Source: Vulcanimicrobiota bacterium (GTDB lineage: Bacteria > Vulcanimicrobiota > Vulcanimicrobiia > Vulcanimicrobiales > Vulcanimicrobiaceae). From it: 64,000 bases of DNA. The position numbers were made by a program, and so were the translations under genes. The number at the start of each line of letters is the position of its first letter. Position 1 is the first letter of the stretch. The notes under the pieces were generated by a model, which was not told where the DNA came from, made no database searches, and saw only the letters and a list, made by a program, of their open reading frames with translations. Positions 29,452 through 39,277 of this stretch are shown here, piece by piece. The DNA lies in NCBI GenBank assembly GCA_963812155.1, contig CAWETW010000003.1, positions 704,001 through 768,000 of the forward strand. Direction: 5' to 3'.

Positions 29452-31098
29452 CTACACGGGGAGCGTGACGACCACGTGGCTGCCGGAGCCCGGAACGCGC
29501 TCGACTTCGACGCGGCGCGCCAGCTTCGACACGAGGAACAGCCCTCGCCCGGACTCGGCCCACAGGTTCTCCGGCAGAGCCGGTTCGAGATTGAAGCCGC
29601 GCCCTTGATCGATGACGTGCAGGATCGCCTCGCGTTTACGAAACTCGAGCGACACGCTCAACGGTCCCGGCGCGTGTCGTACGGCGTTGCCGATGAGTTC
29701 TGCGAGAATCGTTCCGCATGCCGACATGTCGGCATCGCTGGGCGAGCAGTGCGTGCGTAAGCTTTGGAAGAAATCGTCGCGCGAAACGTAGGCTGCCCGC
29801 GCATCGCCGGCTTCGAACTGCCAGCGCATATCGTCCTTCGCAAAGTTCAACACCATGATCGCGATATCGTCGCGGGGAGCGTGCTTCACGATCGAGCGCT
29901 CGATAAACTCGGCGGCGTTGGCCGAATGCAGCACCGCCTCGGACGACAGAACTCGACGCAACATTTCCTCACCGGCGATGGCATCGCGATCGATTTCGAT
30001 GATGCCGTCGGTGTAAAGAGCGAGCATGCTGCGTTTCGGGCATTGAATGACGTGCTGCTGGAACGTCATGCCGGCAAAGGCGCCTAACGGTGCCGAAGGC
30101 GATCGCAGGGCCTGCACGTCTCCGTTGGGGAGGCGCAAGAACGGCGGCGCGTGTCCGGCCGAGACGTAGCGCAGCGTGTGCCCGTCTTGATCGAGGAAGC
30201 CGATGAACGCACTCGCGAGGCGCTCGCTGCCTTCGTGGAGCAGCAGACGATTGCAGGCGTCGGCAACCTTCTCCGGTTCGCGTGCGTCCAAGGCCGCCAC
30301 GCGAATCGCCTGACGCATCAGGACCATGAGGCGCGCGGCTTCGACGCCCTTGCCGGTAACGTCGCCGACGGCAACGACGATCTCGCCTCGTTCGTTCTCG
30401 AAGGCGTCATACCAGTCGCCGCCGATGTCGGATTCGGTCGAGCCGGGCCGGTAATGGGCGGTCACCTCCAAGTCCACGCGCGACGGAAAGCGGCGAGGCA
30501 AGAACGCACGCTGCAGCGTTTCTGCAACGTATTGCTCGCGATGAAACTGCTTTGCGTTGGCAACCGCAGACCCGGCGCGGCGCCCGATCTCGATCGCAAA
30601 AAGCAGGTCGCTCCGGTCGAACTCTTCACACATTCCGGTTCGTACGAACGTCAAGGCGCCAAAAATGTGATTCTGAGCGACGACCGGCACGACGATCTTC
30701 GATCGGTAACCGAACTGGCGCATGTACTGCTCGTGCTGACGGGAGGCCGCATGCCGCGTGATGACCTCGTCGTCGATATGGGGTAAGAAGAAGGGCTCGC
30801 CGGTGCGCGTCACCTGCACGACGGGATGTATGCCGAACTCCTCGACATACAGAATCGTCGTGACGCTCGCCAGCGCTTTTTCTTTGCTGCGGTCGCGGTG
30901 TGCCGATGCCGTGACGAAGAGACGATCGGATCGCTCGTCGATTAAATCGAACAGGCAGAGATCGGCGAACGACTCCACTGCGGAGCGCGCGACGTTGTTG
31001 AGGGTTTCCGTGACGTCGAGGGATTGGTGAAAAATCTCACCCGCACGTACGAGAAGGGCAAGCCGCTCTTGATCGCGGTTCTCGGCCGCACGGTTCAA
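29452..31098 (-). CDS. GAF-SpoIIE (PP2C) phosphatase-HATPase_c protein
   Basis: LQRAFLP, IGGDWYD, GDVTGKG, LYTDG and DDIA motifs; ELIGNAVRHA...ESGRGL. Confidence 0.9.
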   Translation of the reverse strand: MNRAAENRDQERLALLVRAGEIFHQSLDVTETLNNVARSAVESFADLCLFDLIDERSDRLFVTASAHRDRSKEKALASVTTILYVEEFGIHPVVQVTRTGEPFFLPHIDDEVITRHAASRQHEQYMRQFGYRSKIVVPVVAQNHIFGALTFVRTGMCEEFDRSDLLFAIEIGRRAGSAVANAKQFHREQYVAETLQRAFLPRRFPSRVDLEVTAHYRPGSTESDIGGDWYDAFENERGEIVVAVGDVTGKGVEAARLMVLMRQAIRVAALDAREPEKVADACNRLLLHEGSERLASAFIGFLDQDGHTLRYVSAGHAPPFLRLPNGDVQALRSPSAPLGAFAGMTFQQHVIQCPKRSMLALYTDGIIEIDRDAIAGEEMLRRVLSSEAVLHSANAAEFIERSIVKHAPRDDIAIMVLNFAKDDMRWQFEAGDARAAYVSRDDFFQSLRTHCSPSDADMSACGTILAELIGNAVRHAPGPLSVSLEFRKREAILHVIDQGRGFNLEPALPENLWAESGRGLFLVSKLARRVEVERVPGSGSHVVVTLPV

Positions 31099-31195
31099 AG
31101 GAAATCCTCCGGGGCGTCCCTACCCGCTTTAAAACGTCCATAAACTGCCGAACGGAAGAAGCACCGCCTTGGCGGCCCTTGAGGAGGGCTGACGC

Positions 31196-31630
31196 TTACT
31201 GACCGCGACGGGTTCGAGACTTCGAACTGCTCTTCGCCGCCGATGTTTTCACCCTGAGCGTGTTGTGCGCGACGGCTTCCTTAATGAGCGCCTTCAGAGC
31301 GCGCTCGTCTAACTTGTCGCCTTCGAAGATATCGATCGCGCGTCGCTGATTGCCCTCGAGGCCGGCGTTGAATAACTTCGCCGGATCCTCGAGTGCCGCG
31401 CCGCGATCGAAGGTGACCTTCACTTTGCCCTTATGCGGATTCATAACGAAGATGATGCCGTTCTTCGAGTAGGTCGGCGTGCCCATCCACTTCCACTCCT
31501 CGACGATCTCCGGATCGACGCCCAGGATCAGTTTTCGAATTTTTTCGAGCACGTCGCCGCGCCAGTCGGCCGTTTCCTGAATGAGGTTATCGACTTGCGC
31601 TGAGGCGCTAAGGTTCTTCGTCTGTTTCAA
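31196..31630 (-). CDS. DUF1801 (YdhG-like) protein
   Basis: DWRG...IVEEWKWMGTP and DPAKLFNAGLEGNQRRAID motifs. Confidence 0.8.
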   Translation of the reverse strand: MKQTKNLSASAQVDNLIQETADWRGDVLEKIRKLILGVDPEIVEEWKWMGTPTYSKNGIIFVMNPHKGKVKVTFDRGAALEDPAKLFNAGLEGNQRRAIDIFEGDKLDERALKALIKEAVAHNTLRVKTSAAKSSSKSRTRRGQ

Positions 31631-32567
31631 ACCCGCCGTCCTTCCGAGGATGTTCGATGATGGCTTTCGCCAGGGTGGCGCGATCGGCAATGAAGTTGAT
31701 TGCCGCGATGCGGTCTTCCGCTATGGTGAACGCAAACGCGACGCGCAATTCGCCCTCGTGCAGCCACACCGCTCCGGGCGAGCCGTCGATCGATGCCGGT
31801 TGGGCGGCACGCGCCCGTCCGGAGAAGGTGCGCGCCACCGCATCCGCACCTTGGATGCCGTCCGCAAGGCGATCGTTTTGCCAGTAGTCCGCGCCGCCCA
31901 TCGCCATGACCGCGGCGTCGGCGCGAAGCGTTGCCGCCGGATCGAGCAGCGCGAGCAGCGCCCGGATATTGCCTGAACGCGATGCTTGAAGAAACGCGCG
32001 CACGAGTTCGTCGTGCCGCTGCGCCGCAGCATCGCGGCCGGCGGACGCGCCGCGTACGCGCCGCCGCGCGCGGCTTGCGAGCTGGCGCGCCGCTTCCGTC
32101 GTTTTCCCGAGGATCGCGGCGATATCGTCGAAAGGCACGTCGAAGGTGTCGTGCAGCACGAATGCGACGCGCTCGCCCGGCGCCAGCGCGTCGAGCAGAA
32201 TCGACAACGCCGTGCCGATCGAATCGGCGAGCATCGCCTCCTCCTCGGGATGTTCGCCGGGCGCGGTTGCCGCAACGTCGAGACGAGGATCTTCGGGCGT
32301 CAGCTCTTCGCGCCGGCTCTTGCGGCGTTCGAGCGCATCGAGGCAGACGCGCGCGACGACGGTCGTGAGCCACGCGTCGAGGTTGATGACGCTCGCAGCG
32401 TCGGCTCGGTGGATGCGCAGCCAACTCTCTTGCAATGCGTCGTCGGATTCTACAGTCGATCCCAGGATACGCATTGCGATGCGCCGCAAGCGCGGCCGGG
32501 AGGTCTCAAAATGCCGCGCCAGCCGGTCCGCATCTTCCAAGCAAACTTCCTCTCGCGTCTCCGTCAC
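31608..32567 (-). CDS. ECF sigma factor with C-terminal SnoaL-like extension (ECF41/SigJ type)
   Basis: DDALQESWLR, ERVAFVLHD.F and ARQLASRARRRV motifs; C-terminal extension. Confidence 0.9.
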   Translation of the reverse strand: MTETREEVCLEDADRLARHFETSRPRLRRIAMRILGSTVESDDALQESWLRIHRADAASVINLDAWLTTVVARVCLDALERRKSRREELTPEDPRLDVAATAPGEHPEEEAMLADSIGTALSILLDALAPGERVAFVLHDTFDVPFDDIAAILGKTTEAARQLASRARRRVRGASAGRDAAAQRHDELVRAFLQASRSGNIRALLALLDPAATLRADAAVMAMGGADYWQNDRLADGIQGADAVARTFSGRARAAQPASIDGSPGAVWLHEGELRVAFAFTIAEDRIAAINFIADRATLAKAIIEHPRKDGGFETDEEP

Positions 32568-32589
32568 GTTTTACCCCGCTCGACCCGTC
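32562..32589 (+). promoter_or_regulatory. ECF41-like promoter for the VOC gene
   Basis: cGTCACg-N17-CGTC, close to the ECF41 consensus TGTCACA-N16-CGTC. Confidence 0.45.
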
Positions 32590-32614
32590 ATAAAGACGAA
32601 AGGAGTTCACAATC

Positions 32615-32959
32615 TTGAGCGACGTTTCTCTCATCGTCTACCCGGCCGCCGATATGGCGAAGGCCAAGCAGTTCTTTCGGGCGCTCGTCGGCGCCGACCC
32701 CTACGCGGATACTCCTTACTACGTCGGCTACAAGAGCGGCGATATGGAAATCGGGCTCGTGCCGAACGCAGGTACGATCGAACCCAACGGGCTTGCCTAT
32801 TGGACGGTGGACGATATTGCGGCAAGCGTCAAAACGCTCGTGGATGCAGGCGGCGCGATCGTGCAAGAGGTCACGGACGTGGCCAACGGGCTGCTGGTTG
32901 CCTCCGTGCGAGAGCCCAACGGATCGGTCGTCGGTCTACGCCAATTTCCGAAAGGCTAA
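32615..32959 (+). CDS. VOC/glyoxalase family protein
   Basis: YWTVDDI...GG and EPNGSVVGLRQ motifs; RBS AAGGAG. Confidence 0.85.
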   Translation: MSDVSLIVYPAADMAKAKQFFRALVGADPYADTPYYVGYKSGDMEIGLVPNAGTIEPNGLAYWTVDDIAASVKTLVDAGGAIVQEVTDVANGLLVASVREPNGSVVGLRQFPKG

Positions 32960-32963
32960 GCGT

Positions 32964-33356
32964 TCAAAGGCGGACCAGAAGTACGACGAGTCCGAAGAGG
33001 CCGAGGCATCCTATTAGGGCGGCGATCACTTCGGCCATCGAAAAACGCGACAAACCGGGATACTGAAGGCGCATCATTTTCAAAGCCTGGCGGCGCTGGA
33101 CTACCGAGCCCAGCAGCGTGATCAAACCCACCACCATCAGCATGAGCGCGAATACATGCGGTCCAAAGCGTCTCGCCGCCAACTGATGCCCCGCGCCGGT
33201 GGGAATGACGAAGAAGCTGTAAATCGCAAAGCCGAAGGAGATCAGCGACGTCGCCGTTCTCACCCAGGCGAGCATCGTTCGTTCTTCGGCTAGCCACGTA
33301 CGATCGAACGCGAGCTTCGTCGAACTATCTAACGCGGGGTTACCGGCTTCGTACAT
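32964..33356 (-). CDS. DUF202 (YidH-like) membrane protein
   Basis: RTWLAEERTMLAWVRT. Confidence 0.85.
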   Translation of the reverse strand: MYEAGNPALDSSTKLAFDRTWLAEERTMLAWVRTATSLISFGFAIYSFFVIPTGAGHQLAARRFGPHVFALMLMVVGLITLLGSVVQRRQALKMMRLQYPGLSRFSMAEVIAALIGCLGLFGLVVLLVRL

Positions 33357-33508
33357 AAAACGGTTTTCGTGAAAAACGAGCAGCCACCCGCTTGGCGGCG
33401 CGGCCGTATGGCTCGCTTGTTCCTTCGGCGGGTAGCCGTTCGGCGTGCAGTGAACCTCGTCACGGCGGCGTTCGTTTTACCGAGCGCATCGGCTTGCAGG
33501 AGGTTCTT

Positions 33509-34525
33509 ATGCGAGGCTCTTCAGTCGTTTCGTTTTTGTTCTTCGTCGTAGCATTGCCGGCGTGCGCTGGAGGCGGGACGACGTCCCTCAGTCCGGGCCG
33601 TGCCGTCTCAATGCTCCCCGCTCGGCCGGCGGCACCCTGGGGAATGCATACGCTCTTCATCCCCGCAAATTCGTGCTGCACCTTAGCGGTGGATCAGTTA
33701 TTGAACCGCATTTACGTCAGCCGGACGGGCGATCCGGCGGGAAGTAACACGACCATCGTGGATGGTCCCACGCTCACCGTCATCAAGCTCGTTCCGAAGT
33801 TCGGCGGCGCACATAACGTCGACGCTAAGACGCGCGACGTTTGGTTTGCCGGACTCTATGCCGGAAACGCGGAGGTGTATTCGGGCCGGACCGATTCGGT
33901 CATCGCTAAGGTGAGCCTCGGCGCCTGCCCCACCGACAGTTGGGTGGATACGACGCGGCGCCAGGTGTGGATTTCCGCGCAGTGCGGCAGCGGAAGCGAT
34001 CCCGTGTGGGCGGTGAACGCGGATACGCATGCCGTCGTCGCGGGCCCGATTCGTACGGGCGGAGTCATGGGATGGACGGTCGTCAATCGGGCCACCGGGA
34101 AGTTTTACGTCAACAATACGTCCGGGAACTATGCGATCGACCCCGTGCATTTTGCTAAGAAGCGCACCTCGTTCGGTGTCGCGTATGCGGTCGACGCGCG
34201 GACGAATCTCGTCTACGCCATCGCGCAATCCGACGCGCTCAACATCGTCGACGGGCGTAACGACAAAGTCGTTCAAAACGTGCCGCTCTCGTACGCCGCC
34301 GCTGTGGTCGCAGTAAACCAGGAGCGCAATCACGTGTATTTGGCGGGAGGAGAGAACTTTATCGAAGTGCGCGATGCAACGACCGGCGCGCTGGTTAAGA
34401 CGATCTCGATGCAGGCGAGCGACTCGGTCGTGTCGCTGGCGGCCGACGCAAAACGGGCCCGCATTTACGCCGGCGTCGCCTCGGGCGGCAACGACTACCT
34501 CTACGAGCTTCACGACGACTATTAA
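33509..34525 (+). CDS. YncE/YVTN-like beta-propeller lipoprotein
   Basis: RBS AGGAGG; lipobox LPAC; AVDxxxNRIYV repeats. Confidence 0.75.
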   Translation: MRGSSVVSFLFFVVALPACAGGGTTSLSPGRAVSMLPARPAAPWGMHTLFIPANSCCTLAVDQLLNRIYVSRTGDPAGSNTTIVDGPTLTVIKLVPKFGGAHNVDAKTRDVWFAGLYAGNAEVYSGRTDSVIAKVSLGACPTDSWVDTTRRQVWISAQCGSGSDPVWAVNADTHAVVAGPIRTGGVMGWTVVNRATGKFYVNNTSGNYAIDPVHFAKKRTSFGVAYAVDARTNLVYAIAQSDALNIVDGRNDKVVQNVPLSYAAAVVAVNQERNHVYLAGGENFIEVRDATTGALVKTISMQASDSVVSLAADAKRARIYAGVASGGNDYLYELHDDY

Positions 34526-34594
34526 CGGCGCTTTTTAATCGCGCTTTCATCGGACGTTGCAGCATCGCGCCTTCCGAGCGCGAAGCGCGCAGTC

Positions 34595-35023
34595 ATGATC
34601 AATCGCACGATTTCCGCGATCGCCTTCGTCGTTTTGGCGTTCGCCGCAACAGGTCCGAGTTACGCCCAAGTACAGCCGGTGCCGCAACCGATTCCGGGAC
34701 AGCCGATGCAGGGCCAACCAATCCAAGCACCGCCGCAAGGTTACCAGCAAGGGTGCCCGCCGCGGGTTACCCCCTCCGCGCAAATGCTCGACGAGCGTTA
34801 CATGCGGCGTTTTTCGCCGCTCGGCCTCATGCCCGGCCAGCAGCAGCGCATTCAATCGCTCATCGAGGGATTCTCGCGCATGCATCCGGCCGGCAGTCCG
34901 CTGGACCCCACGGCAATGCGGCAACTGCACGACGAAGTGCGCGGCGTGTTGACCCCCCAGCAGCTGTCGATGCTGGAACAGGAACATCACGGCGGGCACG
35001 GCGGCATGCGCCAGTGCCACTAG
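34595..35023 (+). CDS. secreted Pro/Gln-rich helical protein (Spy/CpxP-like LTPQQ motif)
   Basis: Signal peptide; VRGVLTPQQ. Confidence 0.55.
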   Translation: MINRTISAIAFVVLAFAATGPSYAQVQPVPQPIPGQPMQGQPIQAPPQGYQQGCPPRVTPSAQMLDERYMRRFSPLGLMPGQQQRIQSLIEGFSRMHPAGSPLDPTAMRQLHDEVRGVLTPQQLSMLEQEHHGGHGGMRQCH

Positions 35024-35085
35024 GCTGAACCCGGCGGCGTAGCGAACGCGCGGCTCCCAACGGACGGATTCTCAAGAGGGAGTGC

Positions 35086-35835
35086 ATGGAGAGCCGGGAC
35101 AGCGCTTTGAACCGCGCGCATTGGGATCTGACGAGCGACGAATACCAATCGGCGCATGGTATGCAACTGGCCAAGAGTCCGCTGGCCTGGGGCGTGTGGT
35201 CGATTGCGGAGGACGAACTGCGCGTGCTCGGAGACGTTTGGGAGAAAGAGATTCTCGAACTGGGATGCGGGGGAGCGCAGTGGTCTATCGCGTTGACGAA
35301 GCGCGGAGCGAACTGCGTCGGTCTCGACAACTCCGAACGCCAATTGGAATACGCGCGAAAGAATCAGCGTGAAGCGGGAGTCGAGTTTCCACTGGTTCAC
35401 GGTTCGGCCGAGAACGTACCGCTTCCAGACGACTCGTTCGACATCGTGTTTTGCGATCACGGCGCAATGTCGTTTGCCGACCCGCTGCGGACGGTCCCCG
35501 AAGCGGCTCGACTTCTACGCTCGGGCGGTCTGCTGGCTTTTTCAGCCGAGACGCCGATTCATTTCATCTGCTGGGACGACGCAAAAGATGCCGTCGGAAC
35601 CACGCTTGCATCGAACTATTTCGAACGGAAGCGCGCCGACGACGGGTCGGGCGTGTGTTTTTCGCTTCCTTACGGCGAATGGATCGCGCTCTTCCGAAAG
35701 AGCGGATTCTTCATCGAATCGTTGATTGAACTTCGGCCGCCGCCCGGCGCCACCACGACGTATAACCAGTTCGCGAGCTTCGACTGGGCCTCTGCCTGGC
35801 CGGCCGAGCAAATTTGGCGCGTCAGACGCCTGTAA
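35086..35835 (+). CDS. class I SAM-dependent methyltransferase
   Basis: ILELGCGG and SFDIVF motifs. Confidence 0.9.
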   Translation: MESRDSALNRAHWDLTSDEYQSAHGMQLAKSPLAWGVWSIAEDELRVLGDVWEKEILELGCGGAQWSIALTKRGANCVGLDNSERQLEYARKNQREAGVEFPLVHGSAENVPLPDDSFDIVFCDHGAMSFADPLRTVPEAARLLRSGGLLAFSAETPIHFICWDDAKDAVGTTLASNYFERKRADDGSGVCFSLPYGEWIALFRKSGFFIESLIELRPPPGATTTYNQFASFDWASAWPAEQIWRVRRL

Positions 35836-35848
35836 GGTTTCGGCTTCG

Positions 35849-36388
35849 TCAGAAGGGTAGCGGCGAACCGGCATCGCGGGCGAAGAAAATGACCGGCTGA
35901 TCGTTGTAGGCGCCTCGATCGAAGGCTTGGTATCCACACTTTGCAAGAACGCGCAACGAGGCGGGATTCTGGGGGCTCGCAAGAGCGACCGTGCGCGCGG
36001 AACGCAGGTTGGCGTCGGCCCAGCTCAACACCGCGCGCACGCATTCCGTGGCGTAGCCTTTTCCGTGAACTCGCGACACGAGGGCGAATCCGAGTTCGGG
36101 AACGTCGCCTGCCGAGGCGGGAACGTCGCGCTTGAAGTCGGCGAGACCCGCCTCGCCGACGAAGCCGTTCGAGCTTTTTTCTTCAATCGCCCAATAGCCG
36201 AAGCCCGCAAGCGCCCAATGCCCGACATACGACAGCAGACGGATCCAGGTTTGCTGTTCGGTCGACGTCCGCCCGGTGATGAATTTCGTGATGTTCGGGT
36301 CGGACCACATGGCCGCGCACGCGGGCAGATCGGCGCTGCGATGGCCGCGTAAACGCAGCCGCGGCGTTTCGAGGACCGGAATCGGCAC
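35849..36388 (-). CDS. GNAT acetyltransferase, RimJ/RimL family
   Basis: LETPRLRLR, HGKGYATE and NPASLRVLAKCG motifs. Confidence 0.9.
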   Translation of the reverse strand: MPIPVLETPRLRLRGHRSADLPACAAMWSDPNITKFITGRTSTEQQTWIRLLSYVGHWALAGFGYWAIEEKSSNGFVGEAGLADFKRDVPASAGDVPELGFALVSRVHGKGYATECVRAVLSWADANLRSARTVALASPQNPASLRVLAKCGYQAFDRGAYNDQPVIFFARDAGSPLPF

Positions 36389-36471
36389 GGCGCGCGCTTT
36401 TGGCAGAGAGGCACCGGCCGCCTGCGGCGAAGGCGGAAAGAAGCCGTTGCCGCGACGATGAAGGGGGCAAC

Positions 36472-37140
36472 ATGCGCGACCCTGCCGCCGCTTTCGGCGA
36501 ACGTCGCGAATCGAGGCTCTACGCGGCCATCGCGATTTTCGCAGTGCCGTTCATTCTAGCGTTCCTGCCGGGGCGCTATCAGATCATGCCGCGGTTCGTG
36601 ATGTTCGTCGCTGCGGGCGCGCTAGCGATTCCGATGCTCGGCGCGCAGTACGCGCGCGACAATGCGGCGTGGATGCGTTGGGAACGCTATTGTGCCGCCG
36701 TCGTCCTGCCGTTGGCGATAGCGCTCGAATTCGTGCTCCTCGCGCTGCTCTTGCGCGACATGGCCACGGCCCACCCACATTTGACCGGTTTAACGCTCCT
36801 CACGACGTCGATTTGGATATGGACGACGAACGTCTTGATTTTCGCGCTGTTCTACTGGCACCTCGATCGGGGCGGCCCCAGCAAACGCCCCACGGGCTGG
36901 CGGGGAAGGGCGGACTTCACGTTTCCCCGAGGCGATCCCGAAGACGGCGTCCCGGCAGATTGGCATCCCGTATTCGCCGATTATCTCGCGCTTGCGTTCA
37001 ACACGTCGGCTGCCTTCACTCCGACCGACGTGCTGCCGCTGACGCCGCGAGCAAAAATGCTGATGATCGCGCAGGGTATCGTTGCGCTGATAACCGTCAT
37101 CGCCGTCGGTGCCAGGGCGATCAATATTCTCGGAAGTTAA
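36472..37140 (+). CDS. DUF1345-like membrane protein
   Basis: FALFYWHLDRGGP and DYLALAFNTSAAFTPTD motifs. Confidence 0.75.
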   Translation: MRDPAAAFGERRESRLYAAIAIFAVPFILAFLPGRYQIMPRFVMFVAAGALAIPMLGAQYARDNAAWMRWERYCAAVVLPLAIALEFVLLALLLRDMATAHPHLTGLTLLTTSIWIWTTNVLIFALFYWHLDRGGPSKRPTGWRGRADFTFPRGDPEDGVPADWHPVFADYLALAFNTSAAFTPTDVLPLTPRAKMLMIAQGIVALITVIAVGARAINILGS

Positions 37141-37156
37141 AAAGCCCGCGCGCCGG

Positions 37157-37441
37157 TCACCCGTACTTTCCAATGAGGCGCTGCGCGTACCATGCCGGCC
37201 ACGGATCCGCGGGCGATTTCGACGAATACTCCGCGTCCAGTTCGACTAAATCCCGCGTGAGATGACTGCGAACCGGGCGACGACCGAGCAAACTCGCAAG
37301 ATCCGAATGGGCGAGCAGCCAGTCCGAGTAGAACGTTGCCCAATCGTCGTCGCTGCCGTCGGTGTCGGCGAAGACTTGATGGTGCACTTCGCCGGCTTGA
37401 TGCAAAAGGTTCGCGATCTGCACGGAATTGTCGTCGCCCAT
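37157..37441 (-). CDS. hypothetical protein
   Basis: Compact ORF with RBS AAGGAG directly downstream of the repeat-protein gene. Confidence 0.6.
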   Translation of the reverse strand: MGDDNSVQIANLLHQAGEVHHQVFADTDGSDDDWATFYSDWLLAHSDLASLLGRRPVRSHLTRDLVELDAEYSSKSPADPWPAWYAQRLIGKYG

Positions 37442-37457
37442 CGCTGCGCGTGCTCCT

Positions 37458-38726
37458 TTACGGGGTGAACTCGAAAACGGTCCCTTGATTTTGGGTCCCT
37501 CCAGCGACCGTCGTGCCGTAAAAGTTGCCGCTCGAGTCGACCATCATGCCGTAATAGGGATACGCACCGTCGCCGGCGCCGCCGAACGAGTGTAAGACCG
37601 CTTCGGCGCCCGTTTTTGCGTCGACTTTGAAAATCGTGCCGCAGTCGCAACTTCCTCCGCCCGATGACGTCGTTCCGAAGAGCGTGGTGGAGTTTCCGAA
37701 GGCCAGCGTGCTGGTCGAGTAACTTCCGTCGGCACCTCCTTTAAAGCTATGCAGTACGCGTTCGCGGTAGCTGCCGTTTGGATTGCGCACGAGTTTGAAG
37801 ATCGCGCCGAACCCGTTTGCGCCGCCGTAATACGTCGTGCCGTAGAGATTACCTGACGAATCGGCGACCAGGCCCCCGTAGGGAGATCCGGCGTCGGGAG
37901 TGCCTTTGAACGAGTAGAGCGTCGTAAGCTTCCATTGTCCGCCCGACGGTTGGATTCTAAAGACGGTTCCGTTCCCGCGCTTTCCGCCGAGCTCGGTGAC
38001 GCCGAAGAATGCGGGCGACTCGTACAACAGCCGGCCGAGCGAGCCGATGGCGCCGTCGCTTCCGCCGGTGAATGCGTGGATCACACGTTGGTGCCAGCGC
38101 GTGCCGTTGCGCGCCAGCTTGTAGACGACGCCTTCCGAGAATGCGCCGCCGTCAGGAGCCGTGCCGTAGAGGTGACCGGCGGAATCGGGCGTTAGACCGC
38201 CGCCGGGCCCGAATCCGTCGTTGCCGCCGGTAAAACTGTACAGCACGTTGAGACGCGCCGGCGTCAACGCAAAGGCTACTCCGCAGCCGTCGCCGGTGCA
38301 GTAGCCGCCGGTGCCGCCGGCCACCGTCGTCCCCACGAACGTGCCTCGCTGGAACGTCACGCCGCCGTGCGGATTTTTTCCGTCACCGTAGCAACTGAAG
38401 CTGTACGCGACGGTTTCTTTCCACGTCGAGCCCGAACCGGGCGCCAGTTCGAAAACGGTGCCGCAGTTCGCGCCGCCGCCGACCACCGTCGTGCCGTAGA
38501 GATCGCCCGTGCGGTCAAAGGTCAGCTCGCTGGCCGCGTTGCCGCCGTCGGTGCCTCCGGTGAAACTGTAGAGGACGTGCTCGTTGCCGCTTGCGGCCCG
38601 CACGGACTGCGTCGCCGGGACCAGGCCTCCGGGTCCTGACGCTCCGCCATGCGACGCACAGCCGCTCAGGAGTGCGACCGCGGCGCAGATGCTCGGCAAA
38701 CGGTGATCGACGCGCAAGACGCTCAT
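37458..38726 (-). CDS. TIGR03803 (Gloeo_Verruco) tandem-repeat lipoprotein
   Basis: Lipobox LSGC; about 7 repeats of VLYSF.GG.DG..P...GNLYGTT..GG...GTVF. Confidence 0.85.
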   Translation of the reverse strand: MSVLRVDHRLPSICAAVALLSGCASHGGASGPGGLVPATQSVRAASGNEHVLYSFTGGTDGGNAASELTFDRTGDLYGTTVVGGGANCGTVFELAPGSGSTWKETVAYSFSCYGDGKNPHGGVTFQRGTFVGTTVAGGTGGYCTGDGCGVAFALTPARLNVLYSFTGGNDGFGPGGGLTPDSAGHLYGTAPDGGAFSEGVVYKLARNGTRWHQRVIHAFTGGSDGAIGSLGRLLYESPAFFGVTELGGKRGNGTVFRIQPSGGQWKLTTLYSFKGTPDAGSPYGGLVADSSGNLYGTTYYGGANGFGAIFKLVRNPNGSYRERVLHSFKGGADGSYSTSTLAFGNSTTLFGTTSSGGGSCDCGTIFKVDAKTGAEAVLHSFGGAGDGAYPYYGMMVDSSGNFYGTTVAGGTQNQGTVFEFTP

Positions 38727-38849
38727 TCTGTGCTCCTCCAGAATTATTTACGAAGGGAATCGTCGCCTATGAGGCGGCCCTTTCGCGCGGCGGGGGCGCT
38801 ATGCCCGCTTCGCGAGGTCGAAGCGCCCGCGCAGCGAATCCCGTGCGTC

Positions 38850-39221
38850 GTGCGGCTTCTTCTGAGTTGGATCCTCAACGCCATATCGCTCGCGATTCTC
38901 GTGTACTTTATCGCGCCGTTCTTCCACATCGGCGTGAGCGCGCACAACATCGGCACGCTCGTCATCGCGGCGCTCGTCTTCGGTATCGTCAACGCGATCG
39001 TGCGACCGATTTTGATGCTGCTTTCAGTTCCACTTATCGTCGTGACGCTGGGGCTCTTCCTGTTCGTCGTCAACGCGCTGTTGCTGTGGCTCGTCGGCGC
39101 GATCGTTCCGGGTTTTCACGTCGAAGGCTTCTGGGCAGCCTTCTGGGGCGCAATTTGGCTCGGCATCATTTCCTGGATCGTCAACGCCATCGGCGGCATC
39201 GCAGAACCCCGGGAAGGCTAA
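38850..39221 (+). CDS. YvlD-like 4-TMS holin superfamily IV membrane protein
   Basis: GIVNAIVRPIL...P...TLGLFLFVVNA. Confidence 0.85.
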   Translation: MRLLLSWILNAISLAILVYFIAPFFHIGVSAHNIGTLVIAALVFGIVNAIVRPILMLLSVPLIVVTLGLFLFVVNALLLWLVGAIVPGFHVEGFWAAFWGAIWLGIISWIVNAIGGIAEPREG

Positions 39222-39277
39222 CGGCGTAAGAGACGGTCGTTTCCCCGACCGTGCCGCGCCCATTTTTCTCTCTCGGT

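Noticed and set aside
38850..39221. Holin as evidence of a prophage
   Set aside because: YvlD-type proteins are common chromosomal membrane proteins, and no phage genes lie nearby.
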